Counted from the first letter of the stretch, positions 14,755 to 26,959 are shown. The stretch: DNA of 64,000 nt from Octopus sinensis (GCF_006345805.1 NC_043002.1:51770001-51834000); one strand, 5' to 3'. The notes: generated from the sequence alone by a model not told the origin. Made by a program: numbers and translations.

Positions 14755-15490
14755 AACCTGTCGGTTACGGTGACAATGGTTCCAGTTGATCCGACCAACG
14801 GAACAGTCCGCTCATGAGATTAACGCGTAAGTGACTGAGCACTCCACAGATACGTGTACCCTTAACATAGTTCTCAGGAACATTCAACGTGACACAGAAT
14901 CTTTTCAACTATAAGCACAAGGTACGAAATTTTAGGGGAGGAGGACGGTCAATAAGATCGACCCCAGTACTTAATTTATCGACCCCTAAAGGATGAAAGG
15001 GAAAGTCAACCTCGGCGGAATTTAAACTCAGAGCGTAAAGACAGACGAAATGCCGCTAAGCATTTCGCCCGGCGAGCTAATGTATCTTATTTCTTTATTG
15101 CCCACAAGGGGTTAAACATAGAGGGGACAAACAAGGACAGACAAAGAGATTAAGTCGATTACATCGACTCCAGTACGTAACTGGTACTTGGTTTATTGAG
15201 CCCGAGAGTATGAAAGGCAAAGTCGACCTCGGCAGAATTTGAACTCAGAGCATAAAGACAGACGAAATGCCGCTTAGCATTTCGCCCGGCGTGCTAACGT
15301 TTCTGCCAGCTCGCTGCCTTCAACGTGACACAGAATGTGACAAGACTGGCCCTTTGAAGTACAGGTACTATTCATTTTTGCCAGCTGAGCGGACTTGAGC
15401 AAAGGGAAATAAAGTGTCTTGCTCAAGGACACAACGCGCTGCCAGAACCGAACTTACTATCGTGAGCTAAATGCTCTTACTAAGCGACGT
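14755..15490 (-). mobile_element. Family B tRNA-SINE interrupted by a dimeric family C SINE (14901-15318)
   Basis: Target-site duplication (tt)caacgtgacacagaat at 14883-14900 and 15319-15336. Confidence 0.82.
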
Positions 15491-15538
15491 GCCTCCACGA
15501 TAATATATACAGAAAATATAATACTCATATATTACATA

Positions 15539-15611
<73 letters not shown>

Positions 15612-15627
15612 GGGTGAAAAGGAACAC

Positions 15628-15920
15628 ACGAGTTGATATATATGAAAAAACAAGTCAAGATAGAAAATGCTAAAATAAAGAATTCACAACGACCTCGAAC
15701 ACACAAGTGCAAACAAGGGAGACAGAGAAAGGCAGAATGCCACTTATATTTGAACACTATACAAATATTCCTTTAAAAAAACTTTTCTTTTAAATTTTCT
15801 AAATTTAATTATTTAATCGTTACAGTTGAAATGGTCTCAAAATGACCGAAACAGGTACTGAAATGTTCTTTATAAAATTATTTTAGCATTTTCTATCTTG
15901 ACTTGTTTTTTCATATATAT
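15628..15920. repeat. About 43-bp inverted repeats enclosing a decayed hammerhead-like motif (15823-15860); Penelope-end-like
   Basis: atatatgaaaaaacaagtcaagatagaaaatgctaaaataa and its reverse complement; CAG-uugaaau-GGUC(7)GACC-GAAAC-AG-GUA-CUG. Confidence 0.65.
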
Positions 15921-15994
15921 ATATTATGTAATATATGAGTATTATATATTCTATATATAATACATACATGTATATATATATATATATATAATAT

Positions 15995-16081
<87 letters not shown>

Positions 16082-16114
16082 TAATACATATATTACTGTA
16101 ATACATACATAGAG

Positions 16115-16507
16115 TCGCAGGCGTGGCTGTGTGGTAAGAAGCTGGCAGAAACGTTAGCACGCCGGGCGAAATGCATAGGGTATTTCGTTTGCCGTTACGT
16201 TCTGAGTTCAAATTTCACCGAGGTCGACTTTGCCTTTCATCCTTTCGGGGTCGATAAATTAAGTACCAGTTACGCACTGGGGTCGATGTAATCGACTTAA
16301 TCCCTTTGTCTGTCCTTGTTTGTCCCCTCTATGTTTAGCCCCTTGTGGGCAATAAAGAAATAAGAAGCTTGCTTCCCAACTACATGGTTCCGGGATCAGT
16401 CCCACTGCGTTAGAATCTTGGGCAACTGTCTTCTACTATAGCCTCGGGCCGACCAAAGCCTTCTGAGTGGATTTGGTAGACGAAATCCGAAAGAAGCCCG
16501 TCGTATG

Positions 16508-16586
<79 letters not shown>

Positions 16587-16790
16587 GTGTGTGTGTGTGT
16601 TTGTCCCCCCGCCATCGTTTAACACCGATGTTGGTGTGTTTACTTCCCCCGCAATTTAGCAGTTCGGCAAAAGAGACTAATAGAATAAGAACTAACTTTA
16701 CAAAGAATAAGTCCTGGGGTCGATTCGTTCGACTAAAGGCGGTGCTCCTGCATGGCCGCAGTCAAATGACTGAAACAAGTGAGAGAAGAA
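16115..16790 (+). mobile_element. Family A SINE with a family C SINE (16144-16360) inserted in its head
   Basis: 9-bp TSD taagaagct at 16135-16143 and 16361-16369. Confidence 0.85.
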
Positions 16791-18079
16791 AAGAAGAAAA
16801 CAAAAGCACATTGCAGAGCACGTTATTGAATAACATGGAAATAAAAGTTGAAAATCAATTCTTTCTGTGTTGTCCGTTGGCTGGTGACTCCTGATATAGA
16901 TCTTTCCTCTCAAAAGTCTTAAATTGCTCTGGTAGTTGAAAAACATTGGGAATGTGTATCCTTTACGATGAATGGACACCAGGGAAATATGTCTCGTGTA
17001 TAACATGTGATACACAGGACAGATAAAGGGTTAATGAAAGTGTGGTGAGAAAAATGTATCAACGACATCCCATTCCACGACACGAAGCGACGTTGGCCAT
17101 GATAAAAACATCTCTGTTGAGAGGTCAAATAATTATTTCAAATAATCCTTTCTTCTAGAGGTACAAGGCCTGAAATTTTGCTGGGAAGGGACTAAGTCGA
17201 TTTCATCGACCCCAGTGTTTTGCTGGTACGTGCTAACGATTCTGCCAGCTCACCGCCTTAGAGCTAATAATAATAGTGGTTTCAAATTTTGCCTCAATGG
17301 CAGCAATTTTGGGGGAGGGGATGAGTCGATTACATCAATCCCAGTGTTTAGCTGGTACTTAATTTATCGACCCCGAAAGGATGAAAGGCAAAGTCGACCT
17401 CGGCGGAATATGAACTCAGAACGTAGCGACGGGCAAAATACCGATAAGTATTTCGTCATGGCTCTCCATGGCTACTTCGAAAGACAGAGGAGTGGAAGGA
17501 ACGACTAGAGGAAGGAAGAGGGAGGGAGTTATGGGATGAGTTATACAAATGAGAAGTTTGTTTTGTGCAATTTTACTGTATATCGATAGACATATCGATT
17601 ACCTGAGTAGGTGGTTTCTCGATAGCTGTGATACAATTACCAAATATGGTATCATTAAAATTCGAACAAAGACTCTACAGGGTCGAATTAGGTGAGCAAT
17701 CAATTGCAAGTGTTTTGCCCAAACACGCACGCGTGCACACACAAACACAAACACACACACACACACACATACACTCACAAATAGCATACAAACACACACA
17801 AAGGTAAAGGTGGTGTGATGTGGTGCGTGTGTGTGTGTGTTTGTGTGTGTGTGCATGCGTGTTTGTGCATGTGTGCGTGTGTCTTTGTGTTTGTGTTTGT
17901 TCTTTACCACCACTTGACGACCGGTTCCGCAAAAGAGACAGATAGAATAATGTACCAACCTTAAAAAGAAGTACTTGGGTCGATTTTTCTAATTAAAGCT
18001 CTTCGAGGTGGTACACTAACATGGCCGCAGTCCAATGACTAACACAACTAAAAAATACGAGTACATATATATATATATA

Positions 18080-19278
18080 CTAGCTGAAGGTGACCCGCTC
18101 TACGCGCGGGTAAGAGTGTGGTTGTTACTTTCTGTTGCTTCCTTTCAGCACGTAAAAAGCACCATCCGAACGTGGCCGATTGCAGCGCCGCCTTGATTGG
18201 CTTCTGTGCCGGTGGCATGTAAAAAGCACCAACCTATCGTTGCCGCTGCGACCCCCCCACCCCTGGCACTTGTGCCGGCGGCACGAAAAAAGCACCCACT
18301 ACACTCACAGAGTGGATGACCTTCCTAACGGAAGGTCATCCACCTGTAGAAACACTGCTAGATCAGACTGGAGCCTGGTGCAGCCTCCTGGCTTCCCAGA
18401 ACCCGGTCAAACTGTCCAACCCGTGCTAGCACGGAAAACGGACGTTAAATGATGATGATGATGATTCTCCCTCTTTGTTTCTCTCTCCTTTCTCTCTCAC
18501 TTTCCCACTCTCTTACTTTTCTTTTCTCTCGTACTCTCCCTCGCTTTCTCTTACTCTCTATCTTTATCTATCTCTCTCCCATTTATAAACAACAAAAGAT
18601 CTTGAGTAAGTTGAGAAATAAAATATTTAGAAAGATCAATCATAAATATCAGGCAGTGGCAACGGAAAGGTCTGCTTCAAGGCAGACAGCAAAACGCTAA
18701 CATTTAAAAGGAACAGACGAACTTGCAAGCTGAATAAAAATAATAAAATATTGGAAACCAAAGTTTGAAGAAATAGAATCTGAGGATAGTAGAGTCACCA
18801 TGGCTGGCATTTCTTAACGACGGACAGCAACGTATTGACAGTTTAACGGCTGGCGTAAAATTTTGAACTTGATGTAAAAGAAAATTCGTAAACACCAAGT
18901 TTTGAAGTGATTCTTTCTCACGACAGTAGACTCACCATGGCAAGCATTCAAAACTTCTTTATCATGGACGGCAACACATTGACGATTAAAAATCTGGTGC
19001 AAATTTTTTAGCTTGATGTAACAGAGAATTCCTAAACACTCGCTCATTGAAATATTAATCCCCTTCCAGCCCCATTTAGACCCCTTTTCACATTTTGGTT
19101 AATATAACCCGATTTCATTCGGGTCTACTGGTGTCACATTTTATAAGATGAGGAATTTTGTCCTAGAGGTCACGCCTTTCATTTGAGGAAAAAAATAGTT
19201 GTCATGCAAACTTGCCAGTACTTTTAACATAGGTGTGCATATTTTCAGCTGAACCGACCGACCACATAATGCACACAT

Positions 19279-19340
<62 letters not shown>

Positions 19341-20051
19341 CGCATTATATATACAAATTATATATATATATATGTATAAATTAAATTAGAGATAAAACCA
19401 CTAATAGGCAAATGAAACAGTAAAAACCAAAAACAAAAACATAAAAATAAAAATATAATATAGAAAATATATAAAATATAAAATTGAAAAATTTAAATTA
19501 TTTAAATTTAAAATAAAAAATATTAAATTATATTAATAATTTGTTTAAAAATATATATAACTATCAAAATGTATTAAAACGTTTAATATACATAAATACA
19601 GATATATACACTTTGTATATATACATTATATATACATATTTATACATAGAACACACACACACATATATAAATGAACGCAAGAAATATCCAATTCATAATA
19701 TTTGTTCTCATGATTGTGTGTTGTTGGTGGCGATGATAATTCTCTCTATGAATACAGACAGATACATAAAAGAACGCCGTTTGACGAACTTATAAAGGGA
19801 AACTGAAGGAGAGTTAGAGGGGAATGGAGGAAATAGTGTGAGTGAGTGAGGAAGACATATACGTAAAAGAATGGGAGTGGACTTGTCAAAGTGGGTTTTT
19901 GGCCCCTAGCAACGACACCTCTTAAGATATGGATTTCTAAGGTAGCCCACGGGTATCGTCACCTCATTTTACATGTCCCTGTAAATTTTGGAGTGAATCC
20001 GACGGGATGTAGTGGCCTTGAAAGCGATCCAAGCGGTCGAAACGCATTTCA

Positions 20052-20095
<44 letters not shown>
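18080..20095 (-). mobile_element. Non-autonomous Helitron, about 2 kb
   Basis: 3' hairpin acccgcgcgtagagcgggt plus CTAG|T at 18080; 5' end ...catttcagttttatatata resembles that of the 3188-6468 element. Confidence 0.6.
18130..18465 (+). mobile_element. (GAT)n-tailed SINE-like repeat with RTE-like 3' end
   Basis: ...ccgtgctagcacggaaaacggacgttaaatgatgatgatgatg; paralogues at 41205-41350 and 41631-42060. Confidence 0.7.
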
Positions 20096-20137
<42 letters not shown>

Positions 20138-20489
20138 CAGAGAGAGAGAGAGAGAAAGAGAGATGCTTCGTACATTCCGAAGTCCTTATTAAGGGAATGA
20201 AACCAAGTGATGACGTCATCAGTACAATTCCAAAGTGGAAGCTTAACATTACTTCTTACTAAAGGCGTAATTCGATCAATTATGCGTTTGCATATGTATG
20301 TATATGTATTTATATTTTATATATCAAGCCCAAGCGTGTCCATCTACATCACTATTCCGCTCTAGCTTTCCCTTCCGCCTCCCCTCTCTCTCTATATATA
20401 TATACATACATACATACATAACATACATACATACATACATACATACATACATACATACATACATAAGGATTAGTAACATATCGCACTGG

Positions 20490-21140
20490 TTAACTCTGGT
20501 AGTGACAAAACTGACACCCCAAAGCAGAACCACCCACATAGCAAAAAAACTACCGTCTAATTGTATGCCAGAACTTAATGTATAAAGTGTACACAGCTTG
20601 TTTAAACCTCTTCCTCCAAGACCATTGTGAAAGTAATAATATCATCGCAGTAGGACAAGTTGTTTGGAAGAAAGGGGTTTGTAGATGTGCCGAGCAATTG
20701 TTAATAAGCAAAATTGTAATGTCGGTAGAGCGGCAGCATAGGAGGAAACGGGGTTCAATGTGGCTGGACTACAAGAAAGCCTTTGGCTCTGTCCCCACTT
20801 ATGGATGCTAGAAGCTCTTCGACTTGCTAAAGTTCCAGAGAGCATAGTCAAAGCCATAGCTGACCTGACTTCATCGTGGGCCACCATCTTGAAGTTAAAC
20901 ACAAAGACTGATGTATTAACATTGATGAAATGTCAGAGGTATGTTCCAGTGGGACAATCTCTCTGTGATGCTGTTCATACCTTCAGTAAACCCCTTGTCA
21001 TTTACGTTGAGGAAGTTTGAAGGGTATCTCATTGGTTTATTTACAAAGGGATAGAAATACAAAAATTACAAACTGCTTCTTTGTGGACGACTTGAAACTA
21101 TATGCCAGAAATATGCATGAGATGAAAAAGAACATTGATC
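20490..21140 (+). pseudogene. R4/Dong/NeSL-type reverse transcriptase relic
   Basis: NYRLIVCQNLMYKVYT, WLDYKKAFGSVP, LSVNPLS, CFFVDDLKLYA; several frameshifts. Confidence 0.82.
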
Positions 21141-22042
21141 TAGAACATTGAACATTCTAGAACATTGAACATTCACTGCGTCCTACTCATCTTGCATGAG
21201 AATTACATTAAGTGTACCCGTAGCTGTGGAGTGCATTGCCACTAAAGTGGCAATACAATGAGTTAATATTTAATTTGTTCCGGCAGTGGAGATCCGTTCA
21301 CATTTTACTCGCCGCCGTGGGAAAATTCACAAACAATAAACAAGTAAGGTCAATTATTCCCATGAAGAAATTATCGCATCCAGAACCGCATAAAAGCAAA
21401 TCCTTTTGAATTATTTTTTTACATAATAACAAAGAAAAGAAATAGTTCATGTGAGAAACAAATAAAAGGGGGTTTAAGTTTGAAACATTAAATTTAATTT
21501 GGCGATTCATGATTGTGTCCATGTACATACCAGAACTGAAGAAAAGAACAATGAAAACCTCACAAAAAACGTCATCTACAGACCACAAAATTGAGCACGA
21601 CTAAAAACATGTGAGATTCTATTTACAAATAATCGCTTCAAATCTTGAAGCAGTGATCTTAGCTGACGTAAGTTGATTACATCCATACCAGTGTTCAGCT
21701 GTGGCTTATTTTATTCAACCCGATGGAATGGAAGGCAAAAGTCAATTTCGTGCGGCGCGGTAGCAAGCTTACCACCTTTATTCTATTTGCAAGTAATTGT
21801 TTTAAATTTTTGGCTCAAGGCCATCAATTTTAAGAGAAGTTGATTAGTTGCTTACATCGATTCCAGTACTTGACTAGGATTTTGTTTTATCGACCTCTAA
21901 AGGATGAAAGATAAAAATGATCTCCGCTAATACTCATCAATAATCACGCACCATCTTAACAAAATGGCAACAAAACCAGTACAGAATATTCACTGCTTTC
22001 ACTAAGTGCTGTAAAATATACTCTATTGAGGGCACTTACATT

Positions 22043-22073
<31 letters not shown>

Positions 22074-22605
22074 TGTGTGTGTGTGTGCGTGTGTGTGTGT
22101 GTGTGTGCGCGCGCGTGCGTGCGGGTGTGTGTACACTAGCTGTTCGGACTATATTTGAATGGTTTTTATCCTCGATTTTTTTTCCGGAACAGCTTGTTGA
22201 ATTAGTGAATAGTCAACGGCGTTAGAGAGCATAGAGATTAAGAGAAAAGTTAACTGAAATAGAAGACTGGAAACCAGTGTGTGTGTGTGTGTGTGTGTGT
22301 GTGAATATGTATATATCGCGTCTTGTCCTTGCCTTCGAAACATGGAGTAGTTGAAACAGGAACAACTACAGAAGGGGAATATTCTTTATGTTCTTTATGT
22401 CTCGTCTCTCTATTTGTTTGTTTTTATTTTTCGTTGTTCAAAAAAAGTTCGTTTCTATGTTTTTGTTTTTATGCTTTCGTTTCTCTTGTGTTCAACGTTT
22501 TTCTTTTTATGATGTCCTGTATCCATTTATGCATGCATATATGCATATATATGTAGGTATGTACATATATGTATATATGCATATATTTATATATTATTTA
22601 TATTA

Positions 22606-22649
<44 letters not shown>

Positions 22650-22760
22650 CCACCCTCTTTGATTCCCTCTCTCTCTGTCTCTCTTTCTCTCTCTCCTGCG
22701 ACCTGCTGCTTCTTAAACCATTCTGTTGGCCTTCGTATCTCGACCAACATGTGTCCCCGC

Positions 22761-24478
22761 GGATCAGTTGTCTGTTCGTCAGTTTGAGTTCGGTCGTGTT
22801 TTTTTACGCTCGTAAAATTCGGTAAAAAAGATCAAAAAGAATTGTTGTTGTTGTTGTGGAAATTTTGAACGGCGTCAAAGCGGTTTCGCGTTCCACTGGT
22901 TCTGCGCGTTACACTTTTTTTGTTTTGACGGCCGTTTTGGCCTGTCAGGCGGGAGGAGATGGATGACCACTCCCTAGTGGAGGAGTCGGAGGAAGAATTG
23001 ATATTTGAGAGCTTGTCGGAGACATCGAACTCTGAAGACGAGCAAATCGGTGATGTAAATAATGTGGAGAAAAAAAACAGGAAAACGTACGCAGGAGTTG
23101 CAAAAAAGAAGACGGAACAGGAAAAAGAAATAAACCTAGAAAAATTGCCAGGTTTCCAGAGGTATATGAGGAAGGACAGCGGCGAGGTGGAACTGGAACC
23201 ACCACCAAAGAGAAAGGAATGGTACAATAAGAGGACCATAATTTACAGGGTGTTCGTGAACGAAAGAAAGAAAATAGAGATCGTAAACATGGAATGGATA
23301 GAGGAGGCCCTGAGAAGATCGGAGGAGGAAATCATTTTCCTGACTCGAGGATCGAAGTACGGTACTGTAGTGGTGCATTTTAAAAGTGAGACTGCAGCGA
23401 GGAGGATGGCGGTGAAGGCGGTGAAGTCAGAAAGGGTAACACTTTTACCTATGTACTTGAATAGAAGGATCACACGAGTAAGGGTGGAGGGAGTGCCACC
23501 AAACGTGGAGGCTGAGTGGATTGTGGCGGCTGTGATCAGCGGCCACGAGGAGAAAGTAGATATTCTCCATGCCTCGGTCAAGACCGAGGGCTGGAGAGGC
23601 GTAATAGTGGAGCTGAACGTGCAGGCGGAGAGCGAGGTACTGGTGGACCTGGCGGAGAGCATTAAATTGGGAGACGTGATTATGAGAGTGTGGGTGGAGG
23701 GCAGAGCTCCACGTTGTTACAAGTGTGGCCTGAGGGGCCACATAAGAGCCTTCTGCCCTCCCCCACCAAGAGAAAAGGAAATCGTTGAGGAAACTCCAAA
23801 AGAGGAGGCCCCAAAAGAAGAAGAAATTAAAGAGAAGCAGACGGAAAGGGAAATGACAGAGGAGGAGGAGATGCAAAAAGAGTGTGAGGAGGGCAGAAAG
23901 AAGAGAAAAGGAAAGAAAAGGAAAAACTGTGCGAAGCCCCAACCCACCCCAATACCACCCACACCCTTGGAGACCCATCCTGCCCCCGCAAACAGCAATC
24001 CCACCCACTCCCCGCCTACAAGAAAAACGAAAACAGACACACAGAACATACAAAAGCCCCAGTCCTACTTTTTATGTGTTGTGGGGAAGGGGGATACTGA
24101 GAACGCAAGAAGGCTTTTTGAAGACGATGTATGGCAGGAGTATGAGGATGGAAGCTATGCGGTATTCGATTTTGAACTCATGGGCTCTTTGATGAGCAAG
24201 TGCAATGAACTACGTATAAATTGTTTATCAGCATTTATGAAGGATGATATGATAGAGAGATATGAGAGAGAAATGAAAGGTGAGGTGAAAAACTTTGGAA
24301 TCGTCATAGGAAACGGAAAGGTAAGTGATGCTGGCGGAGGGGGCCGTTAGCATCGCTTTCATGTTATCATTTTTTCATTTTAACATTCATTTAATCATAA
24401 TTTTAATCGCATTGTTTTATGTCCCCCATGTTTTGTAATGTTCCCTCTTCGTGGCCCCTAGTGGGTAATAAAGAAATA
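22761..24478 (+). mobile_element. ORF1-only non-autonomous Tx1/L1-clade retroelement (half-LINE), 1718 bp
   Basis: 19-bp TSD gaccaacatgtgtccccgc (22742-22760, 24479-24497); Inr-like TCAGTT at 22764; single ORF; about 130-nt 3' UTR ending gcccctagtgggtaataaagaaata. Confidence 0.88.
22959..24350 (+). CDS. Tx1-type ORF1p (RRM-like region, CCHC zinc knuckle, E/K- and P-rich linker, C-terminal domain), 463 aa
   Basis: Uninterrupted ORF; CYKCGLRGHIRAFC knuckle; aligns by eye with ORF1 of the Tx1 at 45444. Confidence 0.88.
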   Translation: MDDHSLVEESEEELIFESLSETSNSEDEQIGDVNNVEKKNRKTYAGVAKKKTEQEKEINLEKLPGFQRYMRKDSGEVELEPPPKRKEWYNKRTIIYRVFVNERKKIEIVNMEWIEEALRRSEEEIIFLTRGSKYGTVVVHFKSETAARRMAVKAVKSERVTLLPMYLNRRITRVRVEGVPPNVEAEWIVAAVISGHEEKVDILHASVKTEGWRGVIVELNVQAESEVLVDLAESIKLGDVIMRVWVEGRAPRCYKCGLRGHIRAFCPPPPREKEIVEETPKEEAPKEEEIKEKQTEREMTEEEEMQKECEEGRKKRKGKKRKNCAKPQPTPIPPTPLETHPAPANSNPTHSPPTRKTKTDTQNIQKPQSYFLCVVGKGDTENARRLFEDDVWQEYEDGSYAVFDFELMGSLMSKCNELRINCLSAFMKDDMIERYEREMKGEVKNFGIVIGNGKVSDAGGGGR

Positions 24479-24871
24479 GACCAACATGTGTCCCCGCTAC
24501 CGAAACGGTAATTATTTCTACGCCAGCTATGTTGTTGTTGTTGTTTTTGTCTCATTTGGTCTAAAGTCGTATGACAACCACCGTTATATATATTTTGTTT
24601 ATTCATTACTGTTTTCAATTTCGTTTTCGTCTCTTGTATTCACATCCGTCTTGTGCGTTCACATTCCTGTCTTCTACCAAGAAATCTAATGCTTACAGCT
24701 TAGTTTTTTTTCTTGGGGCTGGCCGAGTTGGAGCAAATATCAGAATTGAACAGCCGAAATTTGCTATGATGATTCGGTGTCTGACTGAAGATTGAAGGCT
24801 TCGAATGATTTGTCTGTGTTCCGTGTTCGTCCCTTCCTGTATTTCACGTTCATTATATATAAAAACATTCA

Positions 24872-24919
<48 letters not shown>

Positions 24920-25488
24920 TAAATTATTAGAGAGTTAACCACTATGTGGATAACTCTAGTGCTAAAAATATGCATATATATATGTTTGTGTGTATATATA
25001 TATATATATAAGAATGAATGTTTTTATATATAATGAACGTGAAATACAGGAAGGGACGAACACGGAACACAGACAAATCATTCGAAGCCTTCAATCTTCA
25101 GTCAGACACCGAATCATCATAGCAAATTTCGGCTGTTCAATTCTGATATTTGCTCCAACTCGGCCAGCCCCAAGAAAAAAAACTAAGCTGTAAGCATTAG
25201 ATTTCTTGGTAGAAGACAGGAATGTGAACGCACAAGACGGATGTGAATACAAGAGACGAAAACGAAATTGAAAACAGTAATGAATAAACAAAATATATAT
25301 AACGGTGGTTGTCATACGACTTTAGACCAAATGAGACAAAACAACAACAACATAGCAGCTGGCGTAGAAATAATTACCGTTTCGGTAGCGGGGACACATG
25401 TTGGTCGAGATACGAAGGCCATATATATATATATATACAGACAGTATAAAGATAGGACCTATTAATAGTTACTTTAGTGGAGATGTCT

Positions 25489-25577
25489 CTAGGCAGGTTT
25501 TCATAATGCACCTTGTGTCTCTAAGCAAGCCTGAAGACTGCTTGAAGACACAAAGTGCATTATAAAAACCTGTCTAG
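25489..25577. repeat. About 90-bp foldback
   Basis: ctaggcaggttttcataatgcaccttgtgtc / gacacaaagtgcattataaaaacctgtctag. Confidence 0.75.
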
Positions 25578-25732
25578 AAGCATGTTCTCACAGCAAGAAA
25601 CTACGAATAGGTCTTACCTTTATAAAGTTTACATTAAATGATATTTATCTCTCAATGGATGGAATACATTTTTGTTGATCTTACATTAATGGAGCACTCA
25701 AGTACATACATACATACATACATACATATTTA

Positions 25733-25773
<41 letters not shown>

Positions 25774-25786
25774 GCATTATTATATA

Positions 25787-26629
25787 CTAGCAGAATTGCC
25801 CGGCGTTGCTCGGGGCTGAATTGCTTGAAAGTACTGTTAATGATTGCACTGAATTATGATGATTATTCAGGCAAATATTGATATAAGTTTACGGTGGGAA
25901 TAAGGACTTAACGATCAAACGTGTGCCATTGCATTGTTTTGGGAGAACCAAATTTCTGATGAGCATTATAGGAGCACCAACTTTAAGTTTGAGAAAGTGT
26001 GGTGGTAGTCCGGGGTGCTCAAAGGAATTGAGTACCTCTATTGGATAGTTGATGACGTCCTCTGGGTCAAGAGTTGTATCGATAGACTGATATACATAGA
26101 CTTCCCCAGGAATGAGTTTTAGCATTTCATCATTAATATGGTGAACAGTTTTATTCCTCGGGGCCAGTATAGCCTTTTTGCCAATCCAATCCATATTCTG
26201 ATAATTAGCTTGTAGATCTGGGAACACTGCATCTCTGAGATCAGAAGGTGTCTTAACAATGGTACAAATGGAATCGATGGCAATATTACCATTTTCATCC
26301 CCTGGTATTTTGCCTTCGCCAAGTGCAAGGAGGGTGTGAGGAAATGCTGCTGATGTGATATTACGTCGCATATGAGCACGCATATTGGTGTGAAGTTTGA
26401 GAGTTACTTCCCTTTATTTAAAAAAATATGCATTAAAATGGAAAAAATGATGGTAAATTATTTGTAAAATCGTAGACTCATCGTAGACGCGCGCTAATAC
26501 CCAGAAGGGCTCGATATGAATCACGACTATAAGATACCCGGTTTTGGTTAAACTGCATCGCAAAATGTGGGAGTAGTTAGGAATCTAAATCGGAGTAGAC
26601 AGACACACAACCTTTCTTTTATATATAAA
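25787..26629 (-). mobile_element. Internally deleted Helitron retaining a PIF1-like helicase fragment
   Basis: 3' hairpin cccgagcaacgccggg plus CTAG|T at 25787; 5' end atttatatataaaag (TC mutated to TT). Confidence 0.85.
25889..26383 (-). pseudogene. Helitron RepHel PIF1-family helicase C-terminal fragment
   Basis: AILAPRN..V..IN, GLPPH.LKLKVGAPIMLIRNL..CNGTRLIV. Confidence 0.9.
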
Positions 26630-26911
26630 TATTTTCGTCCTAAAAAACTTTGTATGGATTGAATGGTTACCTCTATGGAAATATATACACGCACATTATA
26701 CATACATGTGTGTATAGATTAAAAACTGGACCTGGCACGACCCGATTTATTCTACTCTTAAAAATGCTAGGTAAATTGTAATTGAAGAAATCCTATATTG
26801 TAGATTTCTATAAGAGACAAAGGGAGGCAGATAAAATCTGCCTTTTATAATAAGAGATATATTTACATACATTATATAAACATACATTATGTATGTATAT
26901 ACATGCATTAC

Positions 26912-26946
<35 letters not shown>

Positions 26947-26959
26947 ATGTATTCTTCCA

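Larger units (their letters stand above)
22727..25421. repeat. About 410-bp-arm inverted repeat (Penelope-end-like); left arm split by the ORF1-only insertion
   Basis: 22727-22760 plus 24498-24880 is the reverse complement of 25012-25421; hairpin-containing (AT)n spacer. Confidence 0.9.

Noticed and set aside
14901-16360. SINE multimers and TSD repeats as a CRISPR-like array; SINE heads as tRNA genes
   Set aside because: Eukaryotic context, no unique spacers or cas genes; the heads lack a full cloverleaf and continue into SINE bodies
20160-20230. Minus-strand CUGAUGA within the palindrome tgatgacgtcatca
   Set aside because: No properly placed GAAA or cleavage triplet
23136-24192. Antisense and alternative-frame ORFs over ORF1 (similarly over 45500-50800)
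   Set aside because: Shadow ORFs of biased coding sequence with no motifs
24780-24820. CUGAAGA...CGAAU...GUC in the large inverted repeat (mirror at about 25070-25110)
   Set aside because: GAAA is GAAU and helices I and II do not form; at best a decayed ribozyme
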